DNA of 56,645 bases. It comes from Octopus sinensis (Eukaryota). Position 1 is the first letter of the stretch. Each line of letters opens with the position of its first letter. Below the pieces are notes generated by a model, which made no database searches, had not been told where the DNA came from, and was given only the letters and a program-made list of their open reading frames with translations. The DNA lies in assembly GCF_006345805.1 (NCBI RefSeq), contig NW_021829885.1, positions 1-56,645 of the forward strand, given 5' to 3'. The position numbers and the translations under genes are program-made. Shown piece by piece: positions 12,524 to 25,450 of this stretch.

Positions 12524-12739
12524 TGTGATTTTGGACTTGGCAGGGTTAATCAGGCGGCATTTGGGGCTGGAAGCGAAGTTCGGTTTGTGATCTTTGATAG
12601 TTATAAAGGCACTACGTTTAGCTAGTATTTCTACCCTGTCGGCAATGTCCAGGTTGGTGGCTATTTGTTTTGCCTCATTATTGATGTTATCATAGGTATG
12701 TGGTGCGGCCCGTCTATATTTTTGTGTGATGCGTATCTA

Positions 12740-12781
12740 TATATGCATATCTATATTTATCTATCTATCTATCTATCTATG

Positions 12782-12866
<85 letters not shown>

Positions 12867-12875
12867 ACACGTGCG

Positions 12876-12943
<68 letters not shown>

Positions 12944-12968
12944 AACACACACACACTCACACACACAA
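12740..12968. repeat. (TCTA)n followed by (CA)n
   Basis: Direct reading. Confidence 0.97.
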
Positions 12969-13359
12969 ACAAAGCACTTGCAGCATGGAAGCCATAAGTT
13001 AGCTTTTCAGAGACACACAAAAACCTTTGAGCTCACTTAAACATTTATTTGTGCTTTGGTGCCAAACTGATGTCGCTCGAAACTGCCACGAGAAATGCGT
13101 GCAATACACTTTCTGCCCGTGAGCAGGTCACAGTTTCGAGGGAAGAAAATTTTGGCGCCATAATACAAATGAATGCTTGAATGAAGTTAACGGTCTTCGT
13201 GTGTTCCTCAATGGGTAACTTGAAACTTCTACGCTGCAATCGTTTTTGTTCCAACACACGATATCGGATCAAAATACTTGTCATGCAAGTACATCTTCGT
13301 AACAAACACCTCCCCTTACACACATACACATTCACACACACTCACACATCTTTTATCTT

Positions 13360-13520
13360 TTACTTGTTTCAGTCATTTGACTGCGGCCATGCTCGGGCAC
13401 CGCCTTGAACTTTTTTAGTCGAATGAATCGACTCCAGTACTTAATAGTTAAGCCTGATACTTAATACACTGGACTCTTTTGCCGAACCACTAAGTTACGG
13501 GGACCACAAACACAGATACA
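13360..13520 (-). mobile_element. SINE family A 3' half, diverged
   Basis: CTTGTTTCAGTCATTTGACTGCGGCCATGCT...GCCGAACCACTAAGTTACGGGG. Confidence 0.85.
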
Positions 13521-13852
13521 AAGACCCACACATAGTTATATATCCATATATTTTTATGTTTCACTGTATTGTGTATTTGTTTCTCTTTGTATCTGATATT
13601 TTTTTTATAAATCTTCTATAAGAATAAATCTTCTATAAGAATGAAGGCGTATACACTCCTATATACGAAGACCAAAAAGAAATCTTGTGAAACAGCGTTA
13701 ATTTAAATGTGATACATATTGAAATCACCCGAGGAGACATCTACACCGAGAGATACACCTAAACCAGATGTTCAGAATTCCACCCGCAGGGGATCGAAGC
13801 ATCGAAACGATTGTAGTGGTCAGTAAAGGTTCTCACATCTTCTATATTCCGT

Positions 13853-13893
<41 letters not shown>

Positions 13894-15549
13894 TCACACA
13901 CACACACACACTCACACACACACACTCACACACACACACACTCACACACACACACTCACACACACACTCACACACACACACACTCACACACACACACTCT
14001 CACACACACACTACAAATATATATTTAGCTGTCTATATCTATGTACTTTCATGCATATGTCTGTGCGTACATTCAAAGCTGAATCGCGACTCAGAGTTAC
14101 ACGTTCCAGATATTCAGGCTATTCCTCGTAACTAAACAGTCTTGTGTACTTTTAACGTAGCTTTGAAGTAAAATCACTATAAACACATGATCATTTCTCT
14201 CTTTTACTCTCGTTGTACACACACGTGTACACACGAACGCACACACACATACACACACACACACAACAACAACAACAACAACAACAACAAATACTGGAAA
14301 CTTTATTGGTATACTTAAGCTTTATATAACATACACGCGTTTCTCTTAAGCCGATTGGCACTTTGCCACGATATTAATAGCTTTCCGCTCTGCACACTAT
14401 TGCATCGTATGAATGCATGTATTGATATATACATACATAAATGCATGCGTACTTACATACAGACACATGTCTGGTCAAGCTTGAGTGCTACTGGTAAGCT
14501 GTGATCCTGCCCAATCTGTTGCATGGTTGGGTCATCAGTGACTAAATCGGCAACTCTGCTAGACTTGTTTGGCAAAGAAGTTAATCTTTTGGACTCTCTG
14601 CAGAATAAAAAGCGAGACCCATTAAAGGGTGAAAAACTCATGGAAGTCTATGGCAATCCTCCTAGTGCAAAAATGCTCGCTTTAAATCCCTATAGTCTTA
14701 TAAGAATCTTTTGGCGGGAAAACATCTAAGTGAAGACCCTCTGAATTCAAACCTGCGGATGATGTAACTGCCAGTCATATTGCAATGTTTGTCATTTGAT
14801 TCCAGATATCAACACTTAGAGAGTGGGATACGCATTGTAGAAGCGTATGTCACTTTAATCCAGTGACGTAGGCATGTCTCACTCCATATGGTTCATCTTG
14901 TCTCTCTAATCAAGATTCTGTGGCGATGGACGAGTGATGACATGTGCAGATTTGACTGGCTTGAGAAGTTTTGAATCTTATCTCTTACGTATGTTCGAGG
15001 CTTTACTGATCAACTGCTGGCCTTAAGAGTCATCTCAAGGCATGCCGAGGTAGTAGAGATTATCGGGATAATGTAGATTAATTGACACGGCTATCGTCTG
15101 TCAAGGTGAAGTGAGTATCATGTATGTATGGAAGCATGTAAGCAGATGTATGTGTGCACATGCATACATAGAGATGTACATACATATATATATATATATA
15201 CATACCCATATGTATATATATTTTTTTTATGCATGATGTATATATGTATCTGCATGTGTGTGTGTATGTGTGTGCGTGTGCGTGCATGAGTATGGGGTGT
15301 GAGAGAGAAGGAGAGAAAAGAGAGAAAGGGAGAGAAGAGACGAGAAGAGACGAGAGAGAGAGAAGGAAGGAGAAGGAGAGAAGCATAAAGAGAGAGAGAG
15401 AGAGAAAGAAAGGGGGAGAGAAAAGGGTGAGAAGAGCAAACAGTGGGATAGAAAAATTAGATATTGGAATAGTGGGGCCGTAGGAAATAGAGACACACTA
15501 ACATAAGAGACATAAACATTCTGGGATATGAAAAGAGATAAATATATTA

Positions 15550-15750
15550 GGGTAATGGGAGAGATAGAAAAACTGGAGCAGTTGGAGAGAGCCGGCTGGG
15601 AGAACAGTGGGAGAAAGCCTGCTGGGAGAACAGTGGGAGAGAGCCTGGGAGACAGTGGAAGAGATAGAAAGAAAGGGAAAGGGAGGTAGTGCGGGGCAGA
15701 AGAAAGATAGACAGAGAGGGAAAGTGCCGGACAGAAGAAAGATAGACTAG

Positions 15751-15801
<51 letters not shown>

Positions 15802-16580
15802 GAAACTTGGATATTGGGAGACATAGATTGCTAAGACATGGGATAATGAGTCAAACTGAAACAATGAAAGAAATAGACAACATACGACAGTGTAGGACAG
15901 TGGGAAAGATATACAGACTGAGGTTGTGGGAGAGAAATATATATTTCTTTACTGCCCACAAGGGGATAAACACAGAGGGTACAAACGGATTAGGTCGATT
16001 ACATCGACCCCAGTGCGAAACTGGTACTTTATTTATTGTCCCCGAAAGGATGAAAGGCAAAGTCGACCTCGGCGGAATTTGAACTCAGGACGTAACGGCA
16101 GACGAAATACGGCTACGCATTTAGAAATATACACGCTGGAGTTGTGGGAAAGGTGTATAGATTGGAATTGTAAAAGATAGACAGACTGGGGCAGTGGGAG
16201 AGACAGTTAGACTGGGGCAGTAAAAAATGCTGGAACATTTGGAGAGAGATAGAAAAACTGAGACTGTGAGACTGAGAGTAGGGGAGAATAATAGACAAAG
16301 TAGGATAGTGACAGAGATAGATAGACTGGGACGATAACTGAGGTAGACTCAGACAGTGAGAACTCGAAGAGGAGACAGTTATTGTGAAGAAGAGATAGAC
16401 TGGGATAGTAAATGAACTTATAGACTGACCGGGACAGTGGAGAGGCGGAGAGTTATAGAGGGTGAGTGTGCGTGGTTTGTATGTCGGAGATGGACTGTGA
16501 CAGTAGATAAAGTTAGGTTGGGATAGTAGGAGAGATAGACACAGTCTAAGATCGAGGGAGAGATAAGTATAGACAATAGA
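15550..16580. repeat. Degenerate purine-rich repeat (GAGATAGACTGGGACAGTG-like units) mixed with (GA)n
   Basis: Recurrent AGACTGGGACAGT / AGACTGGGGCAGT / AGACTGGGATAGT words; no clean period by eye. Confidence 0.6.
15985..16120 (-). mobile_element. SINE family C fragment
   Basis: CCCCGAAAGGATGAAAGGCAAAGTCGACCTCGGCGGAATTTGAACTCAG is the reverse complement of the family C core. Confidence 0.88.
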
Positions 16581-16884
16581 GAAAGTTAGATTAGACTGTG
16601 AAAGTGAAAGTGAAAGAGACTTGGATTGACGGATTGATAGATATAGACAGATAGGTAGATAGATAGATAGATAGAGAAAGAGACAGAAAGAGAGGGAAAG
16701 AGAGGGAGTGAAAGAGAGAGAAAGAGAGAGGAAGAGATAGATAGATAGATAGATAGATAGATTGATAGAGAGAATGAAATAGTAGACTCTGAGAATGAAA
16801 AAAATATATTGGAGTTATATAATAAATAGAATTTGAATTGAAGGTCAAGTTACGTGTTTTAACAGATGTACTTCACTGCGGCTG

Positions 16885-17628
16885 CTGCTCCTCTTCCACC
16901 ACCTCCTCCTCCTCCTCTTCCCCCACCTCCTCTTCCCCACCTTCTCTTCCTCCTCCTCCACCACCTCCTCCCCCTCCGCCACTACTACCCTCTTCCTCCT
17001 CCTCCTCCTACTACTACTACTATCACCACCACCACCACCACCGCCGCCGCCGCCACCGCTACCGCCACCACCCCACCCCACCCCAACCACCACCACCACT
17101 GCCGCCGCCGCCACCACCACCACCACCACCACCACCACTGCCGCCGCCGCCGCCGCCACCGCCACCACCACCACCACCACCACCACCACCACCTCTCTAT
17201 CACTGCTATTGCCGTTGCCGTTGTCGTTGCCGTTGTCGTTGCCGTTCGTGTTGCTGATGATGATACATGCCAGATGTAGCCCCTCAGCGACAGTTAATAA
17301 ACAGCTAAGCGACATATCTTTTCTATTTAGGAGTCAACTGATTTATATTGATGGCGTGAATTAGCCGTTGGTAGGACAATCATCTGGACGTGTCTTCGGA
17401 CGGTTTTGAGATAATGCAGACATTTAACACCCAGGCAGCCAGCCCCTCCAAATTCACTCTACGCCTACGCTATTGACTACCACTCACTCTCTCTACCTAC
17501 CTACCTACCTACCTACCTACCTACCTACATCTTCCCTCCTAACGACCGTTGTCTCCTCCTCCTATTCCTATTACTACTACTACAACTACTACTGCAGCTG
17601 CTGCCCTGCTGCCGCTGCCTTACTACTG

Positions 17629-17666
<38 letters not shown>

Positions 17667-17708
17667 GCTGCTGTTGCTGCTGCTGCTACTGCTGCCTTAC
17701 TACTACTA

Positions 17709-17743
<35 letters not shown>

Positions 17744-17929
17744 ACTACTACTACTATTACTACTAGTACTACTACAACTACTGCTGCTACTACTACTGCT
17801 GCTACTACTACTACTACTACTACTACTACTGCTGCTACTACTACTGCTGCTACTACTACTACTGCTACTGCTACTACTACTACTACTACTACTGGCTGCT
17901 GCTGCCGCCACCACCACCACCACTACTAT

Positions 17930-17960
<31 letters not shown>

Positions 17961-18009
17961 GCTGATGCTGCTGCTACTACTACCACTACTACTGCTGCTG
18001 CTGCTGCTG

Positions 18010-18050
<41 letters not shown>

Positions 18051-18075
18051 GCTACTGCTGCTGCTGCTGCTGCTA
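16885..18075. repeat. Mosaic of trinucleotide repeats (CCT, CCA, CCG, CTA, CTG) with (CTAC)n
   Basis: Direct reading; source of the poly-P/H/T/S/V ORFs in all frames. Confidence 0.95.
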
Positions 18076-18398
18076 CATGGCTAGTGGAGCTTGTGGTAGT
18101 GTTGATAGTAGTGGAAACGCCTGTCCCCACAGTCGCCAGAGAGTGCGATAGGATGGAATCTGGGAAAACTAGTTTGCAAGTTGGTTGTTAAGTCGCTGAT
18201 ATGAAAAACAACAATTTCAGCAACAACCCCCGCCCAAACAACCACCACTACCACCACCACCACCACCACCAACACCAGCACTAGAAGCGTCACCATATCA
18301 CAACCACCACCAGCACAACAACAACCTTGCGAACGCACGGACAAAATGGTGGCCGCAGGCGTCTGGCAGCTGCTATAGTTGGAAAGTCTCCCTTTCTG

Positions 18399-18633
<235 letters not shown>

Positions 18634-18654
18634 GTATTCTAATTCATTAGAACT

Positions 18655-19452
18655 ATGATCAAGATTGGTTGTGTAAATGCGCGTGGCTTGGGGTCCCCTT
18701 GGAAACAAGGGTACCTCTTAAATGACATAAAGTCACATAAGTTAGAAATCATAGCCATAAGCGAGACCAGACTCCACAATCCGCGGGCCCTAAAGACCAT
18801 GTTTGGCGGACAGTTCAACATTTATTTTTCCCCCTGTCTGCCGAGAATGGGCGGTAGTGGCACCGCGGTACTTTTTCACAAGAGTCTGGATCTCAATGTA
18901 AGGACAATATTCGTAGACCCGGAGGGTAGACTGGTCGTCCTGGATGTCGACGGCAGCAATGGGTGCGCTTTTCGGCTCGTATCAGTTTACGCACCGCCCT
19001 TAACAGGTCGGGCGGATTTCTTTCAACGTCTAGAAGTTTTCTTGGGAACGTCTCGTCCTTTACTCTTAGTGGGGGATTGGAATGCTACCTTGGACACGCA
19101 TGTAGACTACGTGGGTAGAGATAGGAATAGACGGGGATGCAAATGCCTCAGAGACCTGCTCAGACGCTTTCAACTGTCTGACAGGTTTCGACTAGACCAC
19201 CCGAATGCGCCAACGTGGACATGGAGCAACCGCATCGGGTCGTCGAGATCGTATCTAGATAGGATACTGTGTAGGACAGTAGATAGAGATAGCATAGGAT
19301 GTCCACAATTCCACATAGTCAGCTACACGGATCACAAACTTGTGACATGTACGCTAGACTTAGGTAAGACACTTAGGCAGGGTCCCGGATACTGGAAACT
19401 AAACGCGTCTTTCCATCGAGACAAGTTTTCAGAGACCGGATTAGCACACTAG
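18655..19452 (+). CDS. LINE apurinic/apyrimidinic-type endonuclease domain (ORF2 N-terminus, ends at a frameshift)
   Basis: CVNARG, ISETR, SVYAP, GDWNA, TWS, SYLDRI, TDHK and YWKLNAS motifs. Confidence 0.93.
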   Translation: MIKIGCVNARGLGSPWKQGYLLNDIKSHKLEIIAISETRLHNPRALKTMFGGQFNIYFSPCLPRMGGSGTAVLFHKSLDLNVRTIFVDPEGRLVVLDVDGSNGCAFRLVSVYAPPLTGRADFFQRLEVFLGTSRPLLLVGDWNATLDTHVDYVGRDRNRRGCKCLRDLLRRFQLSDRFRLDHPNAPTWTWSNRIGSSRSYLDRILCRTVDRDSIGCPQFHIVSYTDHKLVTCTLDLGKTLRQGPGYWKLNASFHRDKFSETGLAH

Positions 19453-19745
19453 TAAAGAGGGCTTTGACGGGAGCCATCATCAACAACAAATGGTGGTTTG
19501 CCCTCAAGAGAGCAGTAAAAGCAGAAGCGATTAGGTACAGCAAAGCACTAGCATAGATAGAAATAGAGTAGAGGGTGAGCTAGTTAAGAAGCTAGAAGAG
19601 GCAATTAGAAGCGGCATCGCATCCGACGTTTTGGCGGCGAGGTTGGCCCTCGACCAACACTTCAACGCCAAACACAAGGATGTGCTGTCAGAGCTAGGAT
19701 GCGTGCTCTAAGGAACGAAGGGTTGGAGCCGCGAGAGAGGCCCGG

Positions 19746-21978
19746 GTGGCAGAGGCGCAACAGGGCAACAAAGCCACCATTCGGTCACTGGTAGATGAAC
19801 AGGGGCGCGAATTGCTCGAGCCAAGTAAAATGTGTGAGGCCTTTCAGCAGCATTTTGCCCGACTGTTCGGAACGAGTGGAGGGCAAGAACGTAGGGTGGA
19901 CTTCAGTGCCTACCTACATAGCCTACCACGACTCTCGACAAGAAAGGCAGGGTGCTGCGAAGGTGCCATCACGGCGGCGGAAGTGCGGGAAGCGATGGCA
20001 GAATGCTCGAGGGACAAATCACCGGGTTTGGATGGTCTACCCTACGAGCTTTACAATTGTATGCCAGACTTGTTTGGAGATCTCTTGGCGGCGGTGTACT
20101 GCAACTGGCAGCAAAACGGGAGCATTCCTGGTTTTGTGAGCCGAGGAGCCGTAACACTGCTGAAGAAAGATCTAAACAAGGGAAATGTAATAGATAACTT
20201 TAGGCCCATCACTCTGCTTAATGCAGACTTGAAAATTTTGGCCAAGGTGCTAGCCAAGAGGTTGGCGCTTGTCATCGAGAGAAACTGGTCGACAAGGCGC
20301 AAACATGCGCCGTGCCAGGCCGGACCATCCATGACAACCTCCATCTGATGCGCTACATCATAGACAGGGTAGTTAACGAACCTGGCATGGGTGGGGCCCT
20401 GATCAACTTGGATCAATCAAAAGCCTTTGATAGGGTAGACCATCGATACTTGGAGGCAGTCCTGAGAGCGGCTGGTTTCGGTCCCGTCTTCCGCGGCTGG
20501 ATAGCTGCCTTGTACAGAGGCATCCGTTCGGTAATTCGCGTAAATGGACATCTATCGAGACCTTTCGACATTGCACGTTCGGTCCGTCAGGGATGCCCCC
20601 TCTCGGCGCTTCTATACGTATTGACTCTTGAGCCACTACTGCGGAAGCTGGCGACTCTAAGGGGCATCCCGCGAGAATTGGGATGCGGGACGAGCGTGTC
20701 TGCATACGCGGACGACGTCACCGTCATAGTGTCTAGCCACGAGCACATCGAGCTGGTCGGCGAGACACTGAAAAACTACGAAGCGGTGACAGGAGCGAAA
20801 ATCAACCGGGAAAAGTCAGTGGGCTTGCGACTAGGCACCTGGAGAAGCAAGCCCATGCCGTCCACCAGCGCCTCCGTCGTGGGACGCTGGACCGACGGCC
20901 CGGTTGAGTTGCTCGGGGTCTGGTTTGGTCCGGACCTCCAAGTGGAGAAGAACTGGAACGAGATAACGAGTAGGGTGGTCACTCTCGCCCGGCAATGGGC
21001 CGAGAGGAAACTGTCCCTAAAAGGTCGAGCGGAGGTGGCGAACACGTACATCGCGTCCGTCATCTACTACCGCCTGACCGTCGTACCTTGTCCCGACCCT
21101 ACCATCACCAAACTACAACGCATCCTCTTTCGCTTCTTGTGGAAAGGATGCGTCCCGATGGTCAGGCGATCCATTTGCTGTCAACACCCGTTAAAAGGAG
21201 GGCTGGGCATGCCGTGGTTGATGATGCGCAGACACGCGCTGAGACTGCGACATCTCTGGCTCTATGTAGACGACGGTGAACAGGTGTGGTCGCCGTTTGT
21301 GAGGCACGCTTTCCCGCAGCTCGTCTCCATGACCGAACTGCAGTCGTGGATCAAAAAGAGGCCGAGGAAGGGCGAATGGCACCGCGAGTGTCGCGTTGCT
21401 CTCAAGCAACTCTGCCGTCCTGGGTCGACCTTAAGTGACTTCAAACACACCAAAGCATTCTATAGGGGTTTAGTGGAGGGGAGGTACGACGACGAGCTCG
21501 GGGCGAACCTGGACGTCGACGAGGAGTACCTGACCCGCCTGTTCGGGACGACTTTCGGGCCAGGGCCCATGGACAACTTCCAGAGATCCCTGGCCTGGCA
21601 GTGCTACCGAGAAGCGCTACCCGTTCGGGATAAGCTCTACAGACACGGCTCGAGAAACACGGGGCCGACCTGCCGATGCGGTCAGAGCGACGAAACCGTT
21701 CTGCACGCACTCGTTCAGTGTCCAACAATTTCCGACCTGTGGGCTTATGTCGAACAATGCTGTCACGTGTGGGACGAGTCGGTTTATCAGCTGAGTCTAT
21801 CGTCAATATTGTCACGCCTCCTTCCTTCAAACGGGAAGGAAGAGCTATTTTCATCATCCTTGTGGCTATGGCGAAAGAATGTATCTGGTGGACGCGTCTG
21901 AAAGGATTGGAGACAAACACTTTCCTCTCTGGTCAATCTCTCATCAACTTCTTCAAGTACCACTTGAAAGGAAAGTGA
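19746..21978 (+). pseudogene. LINE reverse transcriptase and C-terminal zinc-binding region, split over ORFs 19746..20348, 20312..21901, 21676..21978
   Basis: Collinear RT motifs across frames; TCRCGQSDETVLHALVQCP. Confidence 0.93.
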
Positions 21979-22468
21979 GAGTAGAGAGGCAAGTTTTGTC
22001 TAGCGAATGTTTTAAAAAAAGATGGGTGAATGTAGCAAGAATGGCACGTATGAATGACGAAGCCACCTTGAGCATAGTCCTATGAACCCAGAAATCGAAA
22101 ACAGAGAGTTGCTTATTTGCAAAAAAAAAAAAAAAAAAAAGAAATATAAAATGTGACTTCATTGACCGAGGTTACCGTGGTCTTTTCCGCAGGCTTTTCT
22201 TTCCACGGGTAAACCTCACCTGTCCTCCCTTTACACTTCATATTGACATTTCTGTGATAACGATCCCTATTGATCATTTTTTTTCCTCTCCCCCCCCTTT
22301 TTTTTTTTTAACCCCCTTTTTTTGTCCTCTTTCTCTCCTTTTACGATCCCTTTTGATCGAACCTCCCCCTTCCTTTTTTTTTTTTTTTTTTTTAAACCTT
22401 CAAAAGAAAAGCTCTACCTTGTAATTTGTTCTATCTGTGTGCAGCCCTGTGTGGCTAATAAAGAAACA

Positions 22469-22502
<34 letters not shown>

Positions 22503-22766
22503 AACATACATACATAATATGTGTGTGTGTCTCTGTGAGTGTATGTGTGTATATAGTTAACCATACTTTTGTGTTTTATATATATAAATGTGTGTATGCA
22601 TCAAGTTATTTATGTATGTATGTACGTACCTACCTTTTATTTTACGTACAATTCTAAATGTAACAACATATACACAGAACAAACATTAGAACACAATGAT
22701 ATCTGAGCATGGGTGAGATTCAACGATAGGGTGTGAAAAGATGGAGAACGGATTGCAAACTATAAA

Positions 22767-22837
<71 letters not shown>

Positions 22838-22974
22838 AACACACACATTTTGCCATGGACACTCAACACCTTATAATTTCTGAGGAGCACCAACGCGATA
22901 AACAGATTTGTCTTGTGCATTTAAACGTGGTAGAGTCCATTTCTGTACTTGTATTGGCCTGAATTATTTCGCCC

Positions 22975-23290
22975 AGTGTGAAGTTGTGTGACTTAGTGGT
23001 TACGGTATTCGACCCACGACTGTAAGGTTGTGAGTTCAATTCTCAGCAATGCGTTGTATTTTTGAACAAAACGCTTTATTTCATGTTGCTTCAGTCCACT
23101 CAGCTGGTAAAAATGAGTAGTACCTGTATTTCATAGAGCCAACCATGTCACATTCTGTGTCACGCTGGATCTCCCTGTGAGCTGCGTTCAGGACACACGT
23201 GTCTGTGGAGTACTCGGCCACATGCACGTTAATTTCACTAGCAGGTTGTTCTGTTGATCGGATCAATTGGAACCTTATTTCGTCCAGTGT
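22975..23290 (+). mobile_element. tRNA-derived SINE family B variant
   Basis: GACTTAGTGGTTA...GAGTTCAATTC, then GCGTTGTATTTTTGAACAAAACGCTTTATTTCATGTTGCTTCAG. Confidence 0.8.
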
Positions 23291-23316
23291 GTGTACGCGA
23301 GGAGGTGGGGGAGAGA

Positions 23317-23373
<57 letters not shown>

Positions 23374-23489
23374 AAGGGCTAGAAACATCTATTCTAATAT
23401 TCTTTTCTACTCTAGGCAAAATACCCAAAATTCTATTCTAATATTGGCTTTAACGTTTGGCACAAGGGCAGTAGTTTGGTGGGAGGTGG

Positions 23490-23610
23490 CAAGACGATTT
23501 CATCGACCCCAGTGTCAGTGGTCAACTGGTTCTTATTTCACTGAACCCAAAAGGATGAAAGGCAAAAGTAGACCACAGCAGAATTTGAACTCAGAACGTA
23601 AAGATCGACG
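23490..23610 (-). mobile_element. SINE family C fragment
   Basis: AAAAGGATGAAAGGCAAAAGTAGACC...GAATTTGAACTCAGAACGTA. Confidence 0.8.
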
Positions 23611-23787
23611 TAATGCAGCTAACCTATTCAAATACTGGACAAATAATTGATTTATCAATCCCGAAAAAATGAAAAGGTAATACATCTCCTTTGGATTTGA
23701 AATTATGGAGCAGAAAGCAGGAAGAAACTCTGTGAGGCACTTGTAAAAACTTTAACTACTGTGCCAGTTCACTACCTTATATATACC

Positions 23788-25450
23788 TGTATGTATGTAT
23801 GTATGTATGTCATTATACAGTTTATTTCAAGATTTCTTGCCAATAGAGAAAGAGCCGATTTCTAACCTAGATCCAAGATTCCTTCATTGGAATTTCAGCA
23901 TCAACAATAGGGTATTTCTGTTTGTACGTACGTATGTATGTATGTATGTATGTATGTATGTATGTATGTATGTATGTATGTATGTATGTATGTATGTATG
24001 TATGTATGTATGCATGCATGTATGTATGTATGTATGTATATATGTATATATGTATGTATGCCATTCAGTTTATTTCAAGATTTCTTGCCAATAGAGAATG
24101 AACTGATTTCTAACCTTTCATTGGAATTTCAACATCAACAACAGGGTATTTTTGTATGTATGTATGTATGTATGTATGTATGTATGTATGTATGTATGTA
24201 TGTATGCATGTATGCATGTATGTATGCATGTGCAGATTTTTATGTTTACTGTATCTATTCTCATGCATGTATATTTAAATGATAAACTTCTGGAAAGTTT
24301 TACAGATTTTTGCAGTTTCAGTGATGGATCGGATCTGTGGTCTTCGAATTAGCTTTCTCCTTTCTGCCTTTGAGAAGCCTAATTTCTCAAGATTAGTATT
24401 TAGGCAGTGTATTACATATCACGTGGCCCCCAATAATTACATGTATAAACCTGAACTTGTAATCTGGATAGAGTAACTGCAGATTTCTCAATAGTTCAGC
24501 ATAAGTGTTTGTATGTATGTATGTATGTATGTATGTATGTATGTATGTATGTATGTATGTATGTATGTATGTATTTATGTATGTATGTATGTATGTATGT
24601 ATGTATGTATGTATGTATGTATGTATGTATGTATGCATGTATGTATGTATGTATGTATGTATGTATGTATGTATGCATGTATGTTTTTATGTATGCATGT
24701 ATGCATACATGTATGTATGTATAACAATTTTCAGTTTTATTTCAAGACTTCTTGCCAATAGAGAAAGGACCAGTTTCTAACCTAGATACAAGGCACCTTA
24801 GAAGCCGGCTTTTTCTCTATTGGCAAAAAATCTTGAAATAAAACTGAATAATGACACTTACGTGCACATGTATACAGTGATGGAATAGATCTGTAGTCTT
24901 CGAATTAGCTTTCTCCTCTCTGGTTTTGAGAAGCCTAATTTCTCAAGATTGGTTTTTAGGCAGCGCGTTACACATCACAGAGCTCCAATAATTACAGCTA
25001 TAACATGGACTTGTAATCTGGATAGAGTAACTGTAGATTTCTCAATAGTTCAGCGTAGGTATTCTCTTTTTCCTTGATCCTCAGTTTTATATTAACATCG
25101 CTGGGCAGCTAATTTCCACAACAGTACACAGTTTCTCTTCTCTATCCCAAATCCTTATATCAAATCTGTTGTCCTTACATTTTATTGAGGTTTTCATTTG
25201 GACATTCTACCAGTACTCTTTCTTTATCCTACCATACCGTAAGTTCTTATTTCTTTGTCCTTGGGCTTATGCTCCCGACTGATTTCCCTATAGAGTGTCG
25301 TAGTTGCAACATCGTGTCTCATCGGTAAAGAATACCGTGATGACATTTTCGGACAACTGCTTATGATACCTTCGGTGTTAACTTCACAAAGTCTGCTTAG
25401 TATGTATGTATGTATGTATGTATCTATGTATGTATGTATGTATGTATGTT
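23788..25450 (-). mobile_element. Cluster of 3' fragments of a restriction-like-endonuclease (R2 superfamily: NeSL/R4/Hero-like) LINE embedded in (ATGT)n
   Basis: Minus strand 25405-24880 encodes LCEVNTE..IISSCPKMSSRYSLPMRHDVA (CCHC-like) and IWDREEKLCTVVEISCP..N...KEKENTYAELLRNLQLLYPDYK...IIGAL. Second coding copy at 24275-24510. The 3' end CTCTATTGGCAAGAAATCTTGAAATAAA(A)CTG occurs at 23811, 24061, 24721 and inverted at about 24800-24855. Confidence 0.85.

Larger units (their letters stand above)
10860..12722 (-). mobile_element. Penelope-like retroelement (RT + GIY-YIG endonuclease), 5'-truncated and degenerate
   Basis: Collinear minus-strand peptides AFITIKDHKPNF..PKCRLINPAKS, FIQFDIVDFY, DIIMHARKTLLF, FDVATEAYDSADICDLTGFYIL, VSFLDVTLDL, CSCR...GRC, YVGSCESKYK and LNSKTE..GSC are typical of Penelope-like RT, thumb and GIY-YIG regions. 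Confidence 0.93.

Noticed and set aside
13045-15120. ORFs 13045..13341 and 14523..14729 as host exons
   Set aside because: No recognisable domain and no convincing splice-site pair; the CTGATGA at 14538-14532 (minus) also lacks GAAA
23811-24855. CRISPR-like reading of repeated units separated by variable sequence
   Set aside because: Eukaryotic context; the repeats are LINE 3' ends of unequal length and the spacers are microsatellites
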